This document shows, in pieces, positions 28,361 through 37,955 of a stretch of DNA of 64,000 nt. Location of the stretch: IMG/VR virus record IMGVR_UViG_3300011923_000008, positions 7,453 to 71,452 of that record; one strand, given 5' to 3'. Made by a program: the position numbers and the translations under genes. The notes under the pieces were generated by a model. It ran no database searches. It was not told the DNA's origin and saw only the letters and a program-made list of their open reading frames with translations. How positions within the stretch are numbered: position 1 is the stretch's first letter; the number at the start of each line of letters is the position of its first letter. Source of the DNA: a virus. Taxonomy: Duplodnaviria > Caudoviricetes.

Positions 28361-28402
28361 AGTGTTCCGGGAGCGGCTGCCTCAGTCGAACCCTACACGG
28401 GG
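28361..28402 (-). promoter_or_regulatory. Late promoter copy 4, likely leaderless
   Basis: CCCCGTGTAGGGTTCG-N20-AACACT-N7-ATG(28353). Confidence 0.75.
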
Positions 28403-28407
28403 GCATG

Positions 28408-28428
28408 AAAAAACCCGCCGGAGCGGGT
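28408..28428 (-). terminator. Intrinsic terminator after HEPN gene
   Basis: ACCCGC-TCCG-GCGGGT-T6 on minus strand. Confidence 0.75.
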
Positions 28429-28439
28429 AGTTTCGAGCA

Positions 28440-28865
28440 CTAGGCCTGCATCTTATCTTCTACTGCGGCCCTAGCCTTTTTGAGATCGGCACAGTGTCCA
28501 AGGATGACACCAACTCGAGATAGCGCATCTTTCTTGTGCCTCAACGTGTAGTCCAAGTTGAGATCATAGTCTGCCTCGTTTCGCTGGTCTTTAAGCTTCT
28601 TGAGGTAGTGAACAATTTGCTTGGCTGAAAGACGCCCGGGGTTTGGCCCATCACCATACGCTTTAGTCCGCCGGATGACGAAAGCATGAGAGCCTTCGCC
28701 ACGAATTCTCTCCACCCCTGGAATTGCGGGGATCAGTTCATCGACGCTATGAAGCGCTGCATAGTACCCCCGTGAGGTTGAGCATCTCAGCTGTACTTCG
28801 CTGCAACCCTCAACGTCACCGAGAACATTTGCTAAGTCAAGCAGATCGGTGGGTGAGCAGCTCAT
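28440..28865 (-). CDS. HEPN domain protein (putative RNase toxin)
   Basis: SRGYYAALH, GSH and LKDQRNEADYD match the UPF0332-type HEPN pattern. Confidence 0.85.
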   Translation of the reverse strand: MSCSPTDLLDLANVLGDVEGCSEVQLRCSTSRGYYAALHSVDELIPAIPGVERIRGEGSHAFVIRRTKAYGDGPNPGRLSAKQIVHYLKKLKDQRNEADYDLNLDYTLRHKKDALSRVGVILGHCADLKKARAAVEDKMQA

Positions 28866-29619
28866 CGTTGGTCATGTAGTGAAACTCGACGTTGAACTTC
28901 ATGGGGTCCCATGTCTCATCGTCGTAGAACTTAGCAACGAGCGCGTCTTCCAGCGCAATCTCTTTCTCGATGTCGCCAGGAAAATTGAGGGCAGCCACCA
29001 AACGCATTCCATCCTCATGGTCGTTGATAGGATGCATGCTTATGGACTCAATTCGAGCATGCTGCTCCATAGCAACGCGCGCGCCAACCTCAATCTTACG
29101 AACAACCTCATCTGGATCGATGCCAAGATCTTTGAGGGTTTGAAGAGTGTACTCGGCCGCCCTAATAGCTTTCAGCAATGATTCAGGCTTGTTAGCCAAA
29201 TCCTGAACCAAGTCTAAAGCTTGTTGATACCGACCTGTCTGCAATAGCGATCTAAATGCATTCTCTGCGGACTCAGCATCACCGGCCACCATGCGATATG
29301 ACTCCGTCGTCAGTTCGACTGACTTGGTAAGATTGCCAGTCAGACGATAGTTCACTGCTGCATTGGCAAGTGTCACGAACGAACGCTTGTTCTTCAGCGC
29401 ATTGTTTGTCCAGTACTCGACCTCATCAGGCTGCCAGCGGCAAACAGCAATTGCCGCTTTGACCGTGCTGGCAGTCGCGGCATCTACTTTTGCGAGTTGG
29501 TCTGCTTCTCTTTCGAGGCGTTTCAACTCGAACTCTGACACTTGATCAGGGTTGTCCACGTACGATTGTGCCTTCTCGATGAGAGCATTTCCAGTCGTCT
29601 GCGGTTGTTGATACGCCAT
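28837..29619 (-). CDS. TPR-like helical protein with C-terminal alpha/beta domain, partner of HEPN gene
   Basis: 260 aa; A/L-rich helical repeats (ANAAVNYRLTGNLTKSVEL; AFRSLLQTGRYQQALDL); 29-nt overlap with HEPN gene; low GC. Confidence 0.8.
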   Translation of the reverse strand: MAYQQPQTTGNALIEKAQSYVDNPDQVSEFELKRLEREADQLAKVDAATASTVKAAIAVCRWQPDEVEYWTNNALKNKRSFVTLANAAVNYRLTGNLTKSVELTTESYRMVAGDAESAENAFRSLLQTGRYQQALDLVQDLANKPESLLKAIRAAEYTLQTLKDLGIDPDEVVRKIEVGARVAMEQHARIESISMHPINDHEDGMRLVAALNFPGDIEKEIALEDALVAKFYDDETWDPMKFNVEFHYMTNDELLTHRSA

Positions 29620-29738
29620 TGCTTCGCCAGTGATTTGATTCTTTTGTGCGTTGGATAATACACGAAGAGTTAATAACGCTCTACTCTAGAGGCCTTGATA
29701 CATATAACTTCGTTGGCTTTGCGCCATCGATCTATGCC

Positions 29739-29897
29739 ATGAAATCGTACCTCGCTTCAGCAGCACTGCTCTTGGCCTCCCCTGCCATGGCCGCGAACTA
29801 CGCCACCTGCATCCTTGACAAGGCCCCTGCAGCGCAGAACGACGTTGCGGCCCACGCCATCATGCAGTCGTGCCTGGCTGAGCACCCAGTCACTTAA
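29739..29897 (+). CDS. Short secreted two-Cys peptide, possibly truncated four-cysteine family protein
   Basis: MKSYLASAALLLASPAMA signal peptide then ANYATCILDKAPAAQNDVAAHAIMQSCLAEHPVT*; stop overlaps convergent gene stop. Confidence 0.55.
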   Translation: MKSYLASAALLLASPAMAANYATCILDKAPAAQNDVAAHAIMQSCLAEHPVT

Positions 29898-32314
29898 CGC
29901 GGCGCCAATCTCCACCCGCCCGGCACATCCACCACCTGCATCCCCAGCTTCCGCGCTTCCGCACCGGCCTTCAGGCGATTACGGTAAGTCGGCTGTTCGG
30001 TTTGCGTGGCCTGGTTCGCGACGTTGATGGCGGCGGCTGGGGTGGCGGCGTTGAGTCTCGTGCTCTCAGCGAGCCAGCGAGTATTGCGAGGATCTGCGAC
30101 GATTCCCGCTGCCACCCGAGAAGCTGCAGGGACGGCCAGCATGCCCGTCAACATGGGGACATTTCCTGTTGCGATAGCCGTCATCACCCCTGTCAGCCCA
30201 CCGATAAGGCCTGTTTGGCGCGCCGTCCCACTGGGGTTCGCGAACACTTGAGCGCCTTCGCGCCGCAGCGAGGCCATGCGCCCCATCTGTTCCACCTTCT
30301 GGCGTAGGCCAGGGAAGCCGGCATTGGCGAAGAGCGCGGTGCGCGCCGGAGCAGACATCGCGGCCAGGTTGGTCAGGAAGGATTCGGGGCTGAATGCTGC
30401 ACCCATTTCATCCTGAGACGAGTTCCGCGCGCGGCCGAGGCGCTGCAGCACGGCGGCGGCCACCTCTCGGCGGTTCTCGATTGGCATGGACTTCATGACG
30501 CGGTTGATCTGGGTCCCGCCATCCGACAAGCCGCTGGTGGCAGCCTTGAAGATCTTCTCGGGCGCATCACGGTTCACCACGGACTCCAGTTGCTCCAGGC
30601 GCTGGATGCTGGCCTTGGTGTACTGGTTGGCCCGACTCCATGCCTGCTGTGCTGCCGGACCAGCAGCTTCTGCGGCAGTGCCCAGGTCATCGCTGAGCGC
30701 AGCGTACAGGGCGCGCCACTTGCTGCGGGGTACATCGGCAGTCAAGCCACCCTCGCTGATTTCCTGGCCGACCAGCGTGCGCAGCTTCTTCAGAGACTCA
30801 TAGGGGAGTTGGCCGTCCACCTTACTGGTGAGCATGCCATGCACGCGCGCTTCGATCTGTTGTGGCGTCATCGCGGGCTGCAGGTTGTTCATACCCAGAA
30901 GCGACCGCTCAGCATTTTCAGCTTCGATGCGTGCAGCCTGGGCCTGCAGCCGGCCGCGCAGTTCATTGGCTTGGTCGCGCACGCCCGGGCGAGAGAGGAT
31001 GGCCGCAAGGTCAGTGGTGTCACTGCGCAGGCCTCCCTCAATGCCTTGGATGCGTGCATTCTTGAACCACTCGGAAAGTGCAGGGGCGCCATCAATGCCG
31101 GCGTTCAGATCCTCCAGCGCGGCCCGAGTCCTATCCGACGAGATCATGGTGTTTGCAGGGATGTGCTCGTCCAGCTTGTCGTACAGGTTCTTCTGCACGG
31201 TTTTCACGTTGTTCTTGAACGTGTCCACGCCCTTGGCAATGGCCTCGCCCGCACCCCAGCCGTTGGCATTAGGTGAGAGCTTCTGCGTGATGTCATCGAC
31301 GGCAGCCTGCAGGGCATTTGCCTGCTGCTCGCCTCGGCGCGCCATAAAGCCTGAGCTGCCAGGCACGTTTGACAGCGCCGTCTCAGTAGCCTGGATGGCG
31401 CGCGACTGGGTGGCCTGACCCAAGGTAGGCGTGATGCCAGCAGACTCCTCAAAGGTTTTGATGTTGTCGGCCATCTGCTGGCGGCCAGCCTCCCCGCCGC
31501 GCACGGCACCACGGATGGCAGCTTTGCCAGCGAAGGCGCCCACAGTGGGCGACAGTCCAGCGGCAAGGCCTGCGGCCAGCTGCGCGCCCTCGCCGCCACC
31601 ACCCTCGCGAGCAGCGCCCGATCCAGCACCGGCAGCCGCGCCGCTGGCAATCTGGGTGCCAACACCCTCTGCCAGCCCCTGGCCCACTGCAGAGACGATG
31701 GGGGATGCTGCGCGCGCGAGCACGCCGCCAACCCCTACACCTGCAGCAGCTCCAGCACCACCTTCGACAATGTCCTGCGCGACCCGCTCGCTGGCCGTTT
31801 CTGGCTGTGGCAGACCGACATGGGTAGCCAGGTTGCTTGTGGCCTCCTTGAGCATCTGCAGGCGTGGGCCGTTGCCCTCGCCCATCACGGCGTCAGCAGC
31901 AGCGTTCAGCGGCTTGGCAATCAGGTTGTCCGTCACCATTGCCGGGACGCTGGCCAGGCCTTGCGCCAAGCTGCGAGTGCCCAGCCCGATGCCGCGCGCC
32001 ACCTTATCCCCGAATGACGCCTCTGCAGCCGGCGCGCTGGGCGCTGGTCCAGCAGCTGGTGCTGCAGCCGCTGCACCTGGTGCGGGCCGAATCACAACAT
32101 CGTTGTCCCAGGGATTTCCAGAAGGCGCTGCCGCCGGCGCGCTTGGCGCTGCAGCTGCTTGCGCTTGTGGCGCGCTACCCGGCTGGGTTTGAGTGGTTTG
32201 AGGCTCATGGGCTGGTGCAGTTGGAGCAGCAGAAGGTGCCGGCGCGGCGGCAGCGGACGGCAAAGAAGGTGCAGGACGGATGATCTCGTCGTTATCCCAG
32301 GGGTTTGCCATCAC
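29894..32314 (-). CDS. Internal virion (ejection) protein, 806 aa
   Basis: N-terminal NPWDNDxxIRPAP twice; G/A-rich hydrophobic stretches; ATGA overlap with upstream gene. Confidence 0.75.
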   Translation of the reverse strand: MMANPWDNDEIIRPAPSLPSAAAAPAPSAAPTAPAHEPQTTQTQPGSAPQAQAAAAPSAPAAAPSGNPWDNDVVIRPAPGAAAAAPAAGPAPSAPAAEASFGDKVARGIGLGTRSLAQGLASVPAMVTDNLIAKPLNAAADAVMGEGNGPRLQMLKEATSNLATHVGLPQPETASERVAQDIVEGGAGAAAGVGVGGVLARAASPIVSAVGQGLAEGVGTQIASGAAAGAGSGAAREGGGGEGAQLAAGLAAGLSPTVGAFAGKAAIRGAVRGGEAGRQQMADNIKTFEESAGITPTLGQATQSRAIQATETALSNVPGSSGFMARRGEQQANALQAAVDDITQKLSPNANGWGAGEAIAKGVDTFKNNVKTVQKNLYDKLDEHIPANTMISSDRTRAALEDLNAGIDGAPALSEWFKNARIQGIEGGLRSDTTDLAAILSRPGVRDQANELRGRLQAQAARIEAENAERSLLGMNNLQPAMTPQQIEARVHGMLTSKVDGQLPYESLKKLRTLVGQEISEGGLTADVPRSKWRALYAALSDDLGTAAEAAGPAAQQAWSRANQYTKASIQRLEQLESVVNRDAPEKIFKAATSGLSDGGTQINRVMKSMPIENRREVAAAVLQRLGRARNSSQDEMGAAFSPESFLTNLAAMSAPARTALFANAGFPGLRQKVEQMGRMASLRREGAQVFANPSGTARQTGLIGGLTGVMTAIATGNVPMLTGMLAVPAASRVAAGIVADPRNTRWLAESTRLNAATPAAAINVANQATQTEQPTYRNRLKAGAEARKLGMQVVDVPGGWRLAPR

Positions 32315-33702
32315 TGCTTCCTCCGCACCGAGCCGTCAGCGGTCTTGAAATAGGAGCCCGAAGGCAGAGCTTGGTAAGCGGCCGCGTCAGACGCCACCGG
32401 TAGATACTTCATGTTCAGGTCCTCGACCGTCTTCATGGCCGCCTTGCGCTGATCGACTGGAATGGTGGGATCGCCGATCTGACCAGCCATTTCACGATAT
32501 AGCAGCACATCCTTGTCGGACTGTGGGCCGGACATCTTGGGCATCTTCGACACCAAAGCACCTTGGAGGGCCTTAAGCTGGGCCGCCGACTGAGCCCCAT
32601 CCGTGGACACCCCAAAAGCACGCGCCACTTGATCGGCTGCCGCCCCAGCGTAGCTACCTGTTGCAGTGTCCAGAAGCGGCCGGGCCTGGTCGAGTATCGA
32701 GAACACGTCCTGCGTGTCCTTCGTCTGCTGCAACCCCTCTTTGCTCGCAGCAGGATCCGCCGGGCCACCAGGAATGGCCTGCAAGTTGCCGTTGGGCAGC
32801 GCGCGGTAACCTGTTGGCGCCGCCTTGGCTGCCGTGGCGCGCAGCTCGGCTTCTTGTATGCCACCTAGCGTTTGCAGCAGGGAGCGCTGATTTGCACCCG
32901 TTTCCTGGGCCTGTGTACGCGCCATCGCATCCTGGCCCGCCATTTGGGCCTGGCTCAGGTCTGTCATGCTGGAAAGCCGCGAACGCGCGTCGGCACCCTG
33001 CTCTCGCATTGCCGACTGCTGTATATCGACATTGCCCTGGAGTGCAGCTTGGTCCAAACGCGGCTGAGCCTCTTGCAAGGCTGCATCAATGGCCAGGGCC
33101 GACCGATAAGCGCGCACTGCCGGATTACCTTCAGCACCCCGGCCACCCCAGCGGCTGGTGTTGGTGATGCTGCTTGCCGAAGTCGCCAGGTTCTCCAGTT
33201 GCTTACGCGCTGAATAGTCGTTGGTGCTATTGGATACTTGCGGCGTATCCATTTGCGGAATGTTCAAGGATGCGGGTGGCGCTGCCATGGGATTTGCCGG
33301 TGGCCGTCCCAACTGCGTCGGGGATTGCGGCATAGGCGGCGGACTCGCACCCAGATAACCGCCCCCTGCGCTCGCGCCATTGATAGATACATTGCCACCC
33401 ACGTTCCCGCCGCTGTAGGAATTCCCATCACGGTTGATGTTGGACATCATTGCCGCGGCAGATTGGGGTGCTGGAGCAGCACTCAAAGACTGCGCAGGAG
33501 GTTGAATCGATGCGGCGACGCGTGAAAGCGGTCCGGCTGCCAGGGCCGCCGATGGTCGCGCTTGCACGTTGGGATTGCTTTGGACTGCCGCTGCGTCACC
33601 GAACGAATTGGCAGCGGGTGGCTGAGCCGCAGGAGCTGCACCAGGTAGTTGGCTGAGCAGATCTTGTGCACGTCCACGCTGTGTGGGGTCAACGGTTGCC
33701 AT
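32311..33702 (-). CDS. Internal virion (ejection) protein, 463 aa
   Basis: A/Q/P-rich; C-terminal YQALPSGSYFKTADGSVRRKQ. Confidence 0.75.
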   Translation of the reverse strand: MATVDPTQRGRAQDLLSQLPGAAPAAQPPAANSFGDAAAVQSNPNVQARPSAALAAGPLSRVAASIQPPAQSLSAAPAPQSAAAMMSNINRDGNSYSGGNVGGNVSINGASAGGGYLGASPPPMPQSPTQLGRPPANPMAAPPASLNIPQMDTPQVSNSTNDYSARKQLENLATSASSITNTSRWGGRGAEGNPAVRAYRSALAIDAALQEAQPRLDQAALQGNVDIQQSAMREQGADARSRLSSMTDLSQAQMAGQDAMARTQAQETGANQRSLLQTLGGIQEAELRATAAKAAPTGYRALPNGNLQAIPGGPADPAASKEGLQQTKDTQDVFSILDQARPLLDTATGSYAGAAADQVARAFGVSTDGAQSAAQLKALQGALVSKMPKMSGPQSDKDVLLYREMAGQIGDPTIPVDQRKAAMKTVEDLNMKYLPVASDAAAYQALPSGSYFKTADGSVRRKQ

Positions 33703-33732
33703 TGATAGGGCCTTTCACTTGAGACTGATGCA

Positions 33733-33774
33733 AGTCTCCCAGTGCAAAGGCCTTCAGCCAATCCCTAGCGGGTG
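33733..33774 (-). promoter_or_regulatory. Late promoter copy 5
   Basis: CACCCGCTAGGGATTG-N20-GAGACT, followed by a leader. Confidence 0.6.
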
Positions 33775-33777
33775 GCT

Positions 33778-34434
33778 TTACCAGTGGCTCCGGACAATTG
33801 GCGGCCGACGGTCACGCTGCTTGCGCTGCACGTTGGCGTCAGGCCGACGCCCAAAGGCCTGTTCAAACATGGCAAGGGCAGTAGCGGATCGCTGAGCGTC
33901 AAAGACTTCAGCATCTGGCTTCATGAACGCGCGATGAAACACCCAGTCAAGCAGACGGGTATGAAATCGCGCATTGATCTCAGGCGCACCGTCCAAGGCT
34001 GTGGCACTCAAGGGTGCCAAGGCTCCACGCACGACAGTGGCTTCAATGATCATTCCCTCATGCGGCGTCGGCACAAACCGCAGCTGCGCAGGCTGCGAAG
34101 CGTTGGCCTGGATGAAGAGAAAGTAACGCGGCTTACCTGTACGGCTCTCCCATTGTCCATAGGTTCGGTCGAGCATTTCGATGCTTGACTCTTCCAATAG
34201 GCGGCCGACGAGGGTCACCCGCTTGACCTCGAACACGCTGGCATCAAGGCTGCAGGTAGATTGACCTGGAATCAAGGTCACCTCAGCACGATCTTCAATC
34301 AGCTTGGCCCTCTCGCAGGCCTCCTGAACGGCTTCATTGAGGTAGCCGACGAGCTCCTGGTCTGACCAGAACTGACGACCATCTGCGTCATCAGCTTGGC
34401 ACCGGAACAGTTGAATGAGTTCGCCGACATTCAT
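33778..34434 (-). CDS. Head-tail adaptor-like protein
   Basis: FWSDQELVGYLNEAVQEAC and LLDWVFHRAFMKPDAE pattern typical of podoviral adaptors; position after capsid genes. Confidence 0.75.
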   Translation of the reverse strand: MNVGELIQLFRCQADDADGRQFWSDQELVGYLNEAVQEACERAKLIEDRAEVTLIPGQSTCSLDASVFEVKRVTLVGRLLEESSIEMLDRTYGQWESRTGKPRYFLFIQANASQPAQLRFVPTPHEGMIIEATVVRGALAPLSATALDGAPEINARFHTRLLDWVFHRAFMKPDAEVFDAQRSATALAMFEQAFGRRPDANVQRKQRDRRPPIVRSHW

Positions 34435-34443
34435 GGTGCAGCC

Positions 34444-34830
34444 TTAGTCGCCAGCGGAGACCACCAGCCACTCAGCTTCGACTTCTTCGCGGGTGACTGC
34501 GAAGCCCAGGCGAGCTTTGAGCTTGGTCAGGTTCGGCTTGCCTTCGGCAGTAAAGTCGCCTTCTTCGCCACCATCGAGCATGGCCTGCAGCGCCTGCTTG
34601 ATCAGCAGGGAGCGGTTGGCCGTGTCGACTGGAGCGGTGCCGCCGGCGGTGGGCTGGACCACTGCACCTGTTTCGCCAGATTGTCCGGTGACGATGATCG
34701 CGCCACGGGCAATGGCTTCACGATGGAAGATCGCAGGGATTTCGTTGCCTTCGGTCGAGATGACCGTGGTGTGGCCGCTGGTCAGACCGATGTGCATCGG
34801 CTCAGCGGTGGGAGAGCGAAATTTGAGCAT
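34444..34830 (-). CDS. Hypothetical virion-associated protein, 128 aa
   Basis: Clean ORF between decoration and adaptor genes. Confidence 0.75.
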   Translation of the reverse strand: MLKFRSPTAEPMHIGLTSGHTTVISTEGNEIPAIFHREAIARGAIIVTGQSGETGAVVQPTAGGTAPVDTANRSLLIKQALQAMLDGGEEGDFTAEGKPNLTKLKARLGFAVTREEVEAEWLVVSAGD

Positions 34831-34845
34831 GGTGATTCATCTTTC

Positions 34846-34876
34846 AAAAGACCCGGCAGGTTTGACGCTGCCGGGT
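34846..34876 (-). terminator. Hairpin after capsid/decoration genes
   Basis: ACCCGGCAG-N8-CTGCCGGGT followed by CTTTT on minus strand. Confidence 0.55.
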
Positions 34877-34910
34877 GAAAGGCCTTAACGGCCCGACCAC
34901 TGAGACAAAC

Positions 34911-35312
34911 TCAGCCTTGGGTGAAAGCCGACCGGCCTTCCACGTAGTAGTGCACAGTCACTCGCGCCAGGCCAGCGGTGGCAGCCGCGCCCGTCTGGGT
35001 GAGCAGCGCATTGATGGCTTGGGCAGCAGGCGTCTTGAAACCTGTGATGGTCAGCTCAGTGCGACCAGCAGTCTTCAAGTCGATGGGTGTTGCGGTGTAG
35101 CGGTCATCGTCGGCCGCATCGCCCAGCTTCAAAGTCGCCGTGGTGGCGCTGTTCCAGGGGGTGATCACGGTCACATCACCGCCCACGGGCACGGCATTGC
35201 CGGGCAGGTCAATGGCAGCTTCTGCGGTGCCGTAAGCTTTGGGATCGCCAAAGGCGATCAGCATGGTGGCCACAATCAGTTCCTGGCGGCCGGCGTTCTT
35301 CTTGATCGACAT
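34911..35312 (-). CDS. Capsid decoration/cement protein
   Basis: 133-aa beta-rich ORF right after the major capsid gene; AGGAG SD. Confidence 0.7.
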   Translation of the reverse strand: MSIKKNAGRQELIVATMLIAFGDPKAYGTAEAAIDLPGNAVPVGGDVTVITPWNSATTATLKLGDAADDDRYTATPIDLKTAGRTELTITGFKTPAAQAINALLTQTGAAATAGLARVTVHYYVEGRSAFTQG

Positions 35313-35379
35313 GATCAGCTCCTATCAACAACAAGGGAAAAAGGATGGCAGGGCACCCTGGCCCTGCCCTGGAGGCTGC

Positions 35380-36480
35380 TTACTGCAGGTAGTGGTCGAC
35401 CGCCACAATGCCGAAGTCTTCGACACTGTCGTCGTAGATCGAGTGGAACTGTGGCTTGAGGAAGCCGATCATCTTGTCCACGTTGATGCCCTGCTGGCTG
35501 TCGTACTGGAAGAGCTTTTCAACCCAGTCCGGCGCGCCCAGGTCGCACATGGCCATGGCTTGTGCACCGCACAGCAGCGTGCGGGTGCCGTTGACGTTGC
35601 CATCGGCGCCCCACTTTGAGCCCGCTGGAGCACCCTTGGTGTTGTAGACCTTGTTGTGCTCGTGGATCACGGCTCCGTCGACAGTCACAGTTGCGCCGCT
35701 GAACCAAGGCGAATCCGTGCCCGCCTTCGTGGCCACCGCCACCACTGCGCGCTGGTAATCGGGGTCCTTCTTCAGCGCCGCCAGCGTGCCGGGGGCCACC
35801 AGCAGCACAAAGTACTGCTTGCCGCCATCGGTCAGTGGGCGCACATAGTGCTCCTTGGCGTAGGCGATCAGGTCCACGATCATCTTGTACGAAGGCAGGA
35901 ATGCCGACGTGATGGCCGCAGTGTTGGACGCCTGCAGGCTGGTGCCGTCGTACATCAGGGAGCGCTTGGCGCTCGGTGCACGCACATCAGCGGCGAAGGA
36001 CAGCGACGGGAATGGCGAGCCCACGCGCAGCGCGCCGTTTGGCTTGTAGGCGTAGCTGATGCCCGACATCGTCAGGAATGCCAACTGGTCGCAGCGATCA
36101 GCCAGCCAGTAGGCCAGGTTGTCGCGGCCGGTCTCACGGAAGTTGATGACCGTCTTCTGGTCGGACAGCTTTCCCTTGTTGCGCACACCATGGGTCATCA
36201 GGTCCAGGCTGATGATCTGGCTGTGCGACTGCATGGCTTCTTCGTTGCCTTCGCGCTCGTTGTCGCCGATCACACCGTCTTCGACCAGGTCGGCGACCAG
36301 TTGGAAGATGGCCTGCTCGCCCTTCTCTGTCTTGGTCAGCTCCTTGATCACCTGCACCATCGAGCCCTGGGTGGTGCCCATGAAGCGCTTGAGGAACATC
36401 TGGTCGCGGGCGGCGCGCCAAACGTCGCGCGACCAGACCAGCTTTTGAACGGGCGTCAGCCCTGCGAAATTCGTCTGCAT
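35380..36480 (-). CDS. Major capsid protein, N4-gp56/DUF4043 type
   Basis: MQTNFAGLT..KLVWSRDVW; ELTKTEKGEQA; LEGNEE-like REGNEE; GGAG SD. Confidence 0.88.
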   Translation of the reverse strand: MQTNFAGLTPVQKLVWSRDVWRAARDQMFLKRFMGTTQGSMVQVIKELTKTEKGEQAIFQLVADLVEDGVIGDNEREGNEEAMQSHSQIISLDLMTHGVRNKGKLSDQKTVINFRETGRDNLAYWLADRCDQLAFLTMSGISYAYKPNGALRVGSPFPSLSFAADVRAPSAKRSLMYDGTSLQASNTAAITSAFLPSYKMIVDLIAYAKEHYVRPLTDGGKQYFVLLVAPGTLAALKKDPDYQRAVVAVATKAGTDSPWFSGATVTVDGAVIHEHNKVYNTKGAPAGSKWGADGNVNGTRTLLCGAQAMAMCDLGAPDWVEKLFQYDSQQGINVDKMIGFLKPQFHSIYDDSVEDFGIVAVDHYLQ

Positions 36481-36643
36481 TGCATGCTCCAAATAAGTGG
36501 TTACTTGTTCGGGACATGCGCCGCCCTATTGCGAAGTGCATGGCATGGGCTGCCAAGGGGCCAGGCCTTTTACGTCGGCCAGCAGACGAGGTGCACCCTG
36601 TTTGAACCAGCAGGCCGGGTGAGCGCCTGCTGTGGTTTGGTTA

Positions 36644-37717
36644 TCAGTCGCCGCGCAGCTTCTTGATCTCAGCGGGTGACAGGTTTTCGAACTGCTCGTC
36701 CGTCATCTGCGCCACGTTGACCCTGCCTGCATTGGCTCGATCACCTACTCCGCCGTTCAGTGCAGGGGGCTGAGCCACTGAGGCTGCAGCGCCGCGAGCA
36801 ATTGCAGCGGATGTACGAGAGTCTGCCGGAGCTGCTGCAGAAGCAGAATCCTTACCCGGGGTAGGTGCTGCAGCGGCGGCAGCGGTGGCAGGAGCGAACC
36901 GGGGTGCGATGGCGGCCACAGCCGCGCGCAGAGCTTCGTGAGCAGGCATGCCCTTGGCGATCTTGGCGTCACGCGCTGCCACGATCAGCTCAACTGCCTC
37001 GGCGCCTTCTGGCGTGTCCAGGTACGGGTACTTCTCGACAGTCAGTGCCGTCTCAGCCGCCAGCGCCCGGCCCACGGCCTGCTGGTGTTCAGCCTGGCGC
37101 TGCTCGTCAGCGCGCTGGATTGCCGCCTTGGTGGCTTCATCACGCAGGTGCGCGTTGATGCCCTTGCGGATTTCGGCAGCTCGCTTGTGGTCGCCGTCGA
37201 TCAAGGCGCTCACATATGCCTGCTCCTGGGCATCTTCGTCGAAGGGTGCTGCCGGCGCAGCTGCTGGTGCTGCTGGAGCCGCTGGTGCGCCCGTAGGATT
37301 TGCAGGGGCTGGGCTGGCCGCCTGGTTGCCGCCTTGGCGCAAGCGCTCGATCTCGGCCTGCGCTTCGGCCAGGTCCTTTTCAGCCTGTTTGCGACGCTCA
37401 TTCACTTCATTGAAGCGGGCGGGCGGGATACCAGCGGATCGGCCGCCTTGGCCGCCCTCTCCAGCGCCTTCTGCTTCCTGGCCTTCGCCGGCGCCCTCGT
37501 CGCCTTCGCCACCCGCTTCACCGGCCTCTGCACCCTCGCCCCCGGCATCTTGGCCCACCAAGCTGGCCAGGGTGCCGGCATTCAGCTCAGGGTCGACAAC
37601 GTCGCCACGGTCTTCAGCAGGTGCAGGCGCAGGAGCGGCGCCAGTGCCGCCCGCGTCAGAGCCGCTCTCGCCAGCTTCGTTCAGGCGCTTCATCATTTTC
37701 AACAGCAACACGTTCAT
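36644..37717 (-). CDS. Scaffolding protein
   Basis: Acidic low-complexity N-terminus, IPPARFNEVNERRK coiled coil, C-terminal MTDEQFENLS...RGD; between portal and capsid. Confidence 0.8.
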   Translation of the reverse strand: MNVLLLKMMKRLNEAGESGSDAGGTGAAPAPAPAEDRGDVVDPELNAGTLASLVGQDAGGEGAEAGEAGGEGDEGAGEGQEAEGAGEGGQGGRSAGIPPARFNEVNERRKQAEKDLAEAQAEIERLRQGGNQAASPAPANPTGAPAAPAAPAAAPAAPFDEDAQEQAYVSALIDGDHKRAAEIRKGINAHLRDEATKAAIQRADEQRQAEHQQAVGRALAAETALTVEKYPYLDTPEGAEAVELIVAARDAKIAKGMPAHEALRAAVAAIAPRFAPATAAAAAAPTPGKDSASAAAPADSRTSAAIARGAAASVAQPPALNGGVGDRANAGRVNVAQMTDEQFENLSPAEIKKLRGD

Positions 37718-37753
37718 GGTTCAGTCCTCTCAGTGGTCTATGTAAATGGGTGC

Positions 37754-37945
37754 TCAGTTCTTGCCGCCGCTCTGGAGCGCCTGCAGGGCGCCCAGCTCAG
37801 CCATCTTTTCCTTGGCCTTGCCGAGCGCTGCCTTCAGCCGGGCCGGGTCCTTGCGGATTTCTTCGGCGCGCGCCAGGGTGCGCATGTCGTCTTCTGCTTG
37901 CCAGTCGCGCTCAGAACTGGCCACGGCAATATCTTTCTTCGCCAT
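37754..37945 (-). CDS. Small head-region protein, 63 aa
   Basis: AAGGAG SD; WQAEDDMRTLARAEEIRKDPARLKAA. Confidence 0.75.
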   Translation of the reverse strand: MAKKDIAVASSERDWQAEDDMRTLARAEEIRKDPARLKAALGKAKEKMAELGALQALQSGGKN

Positions 37946-37955
37946 ATCGGCTCCT

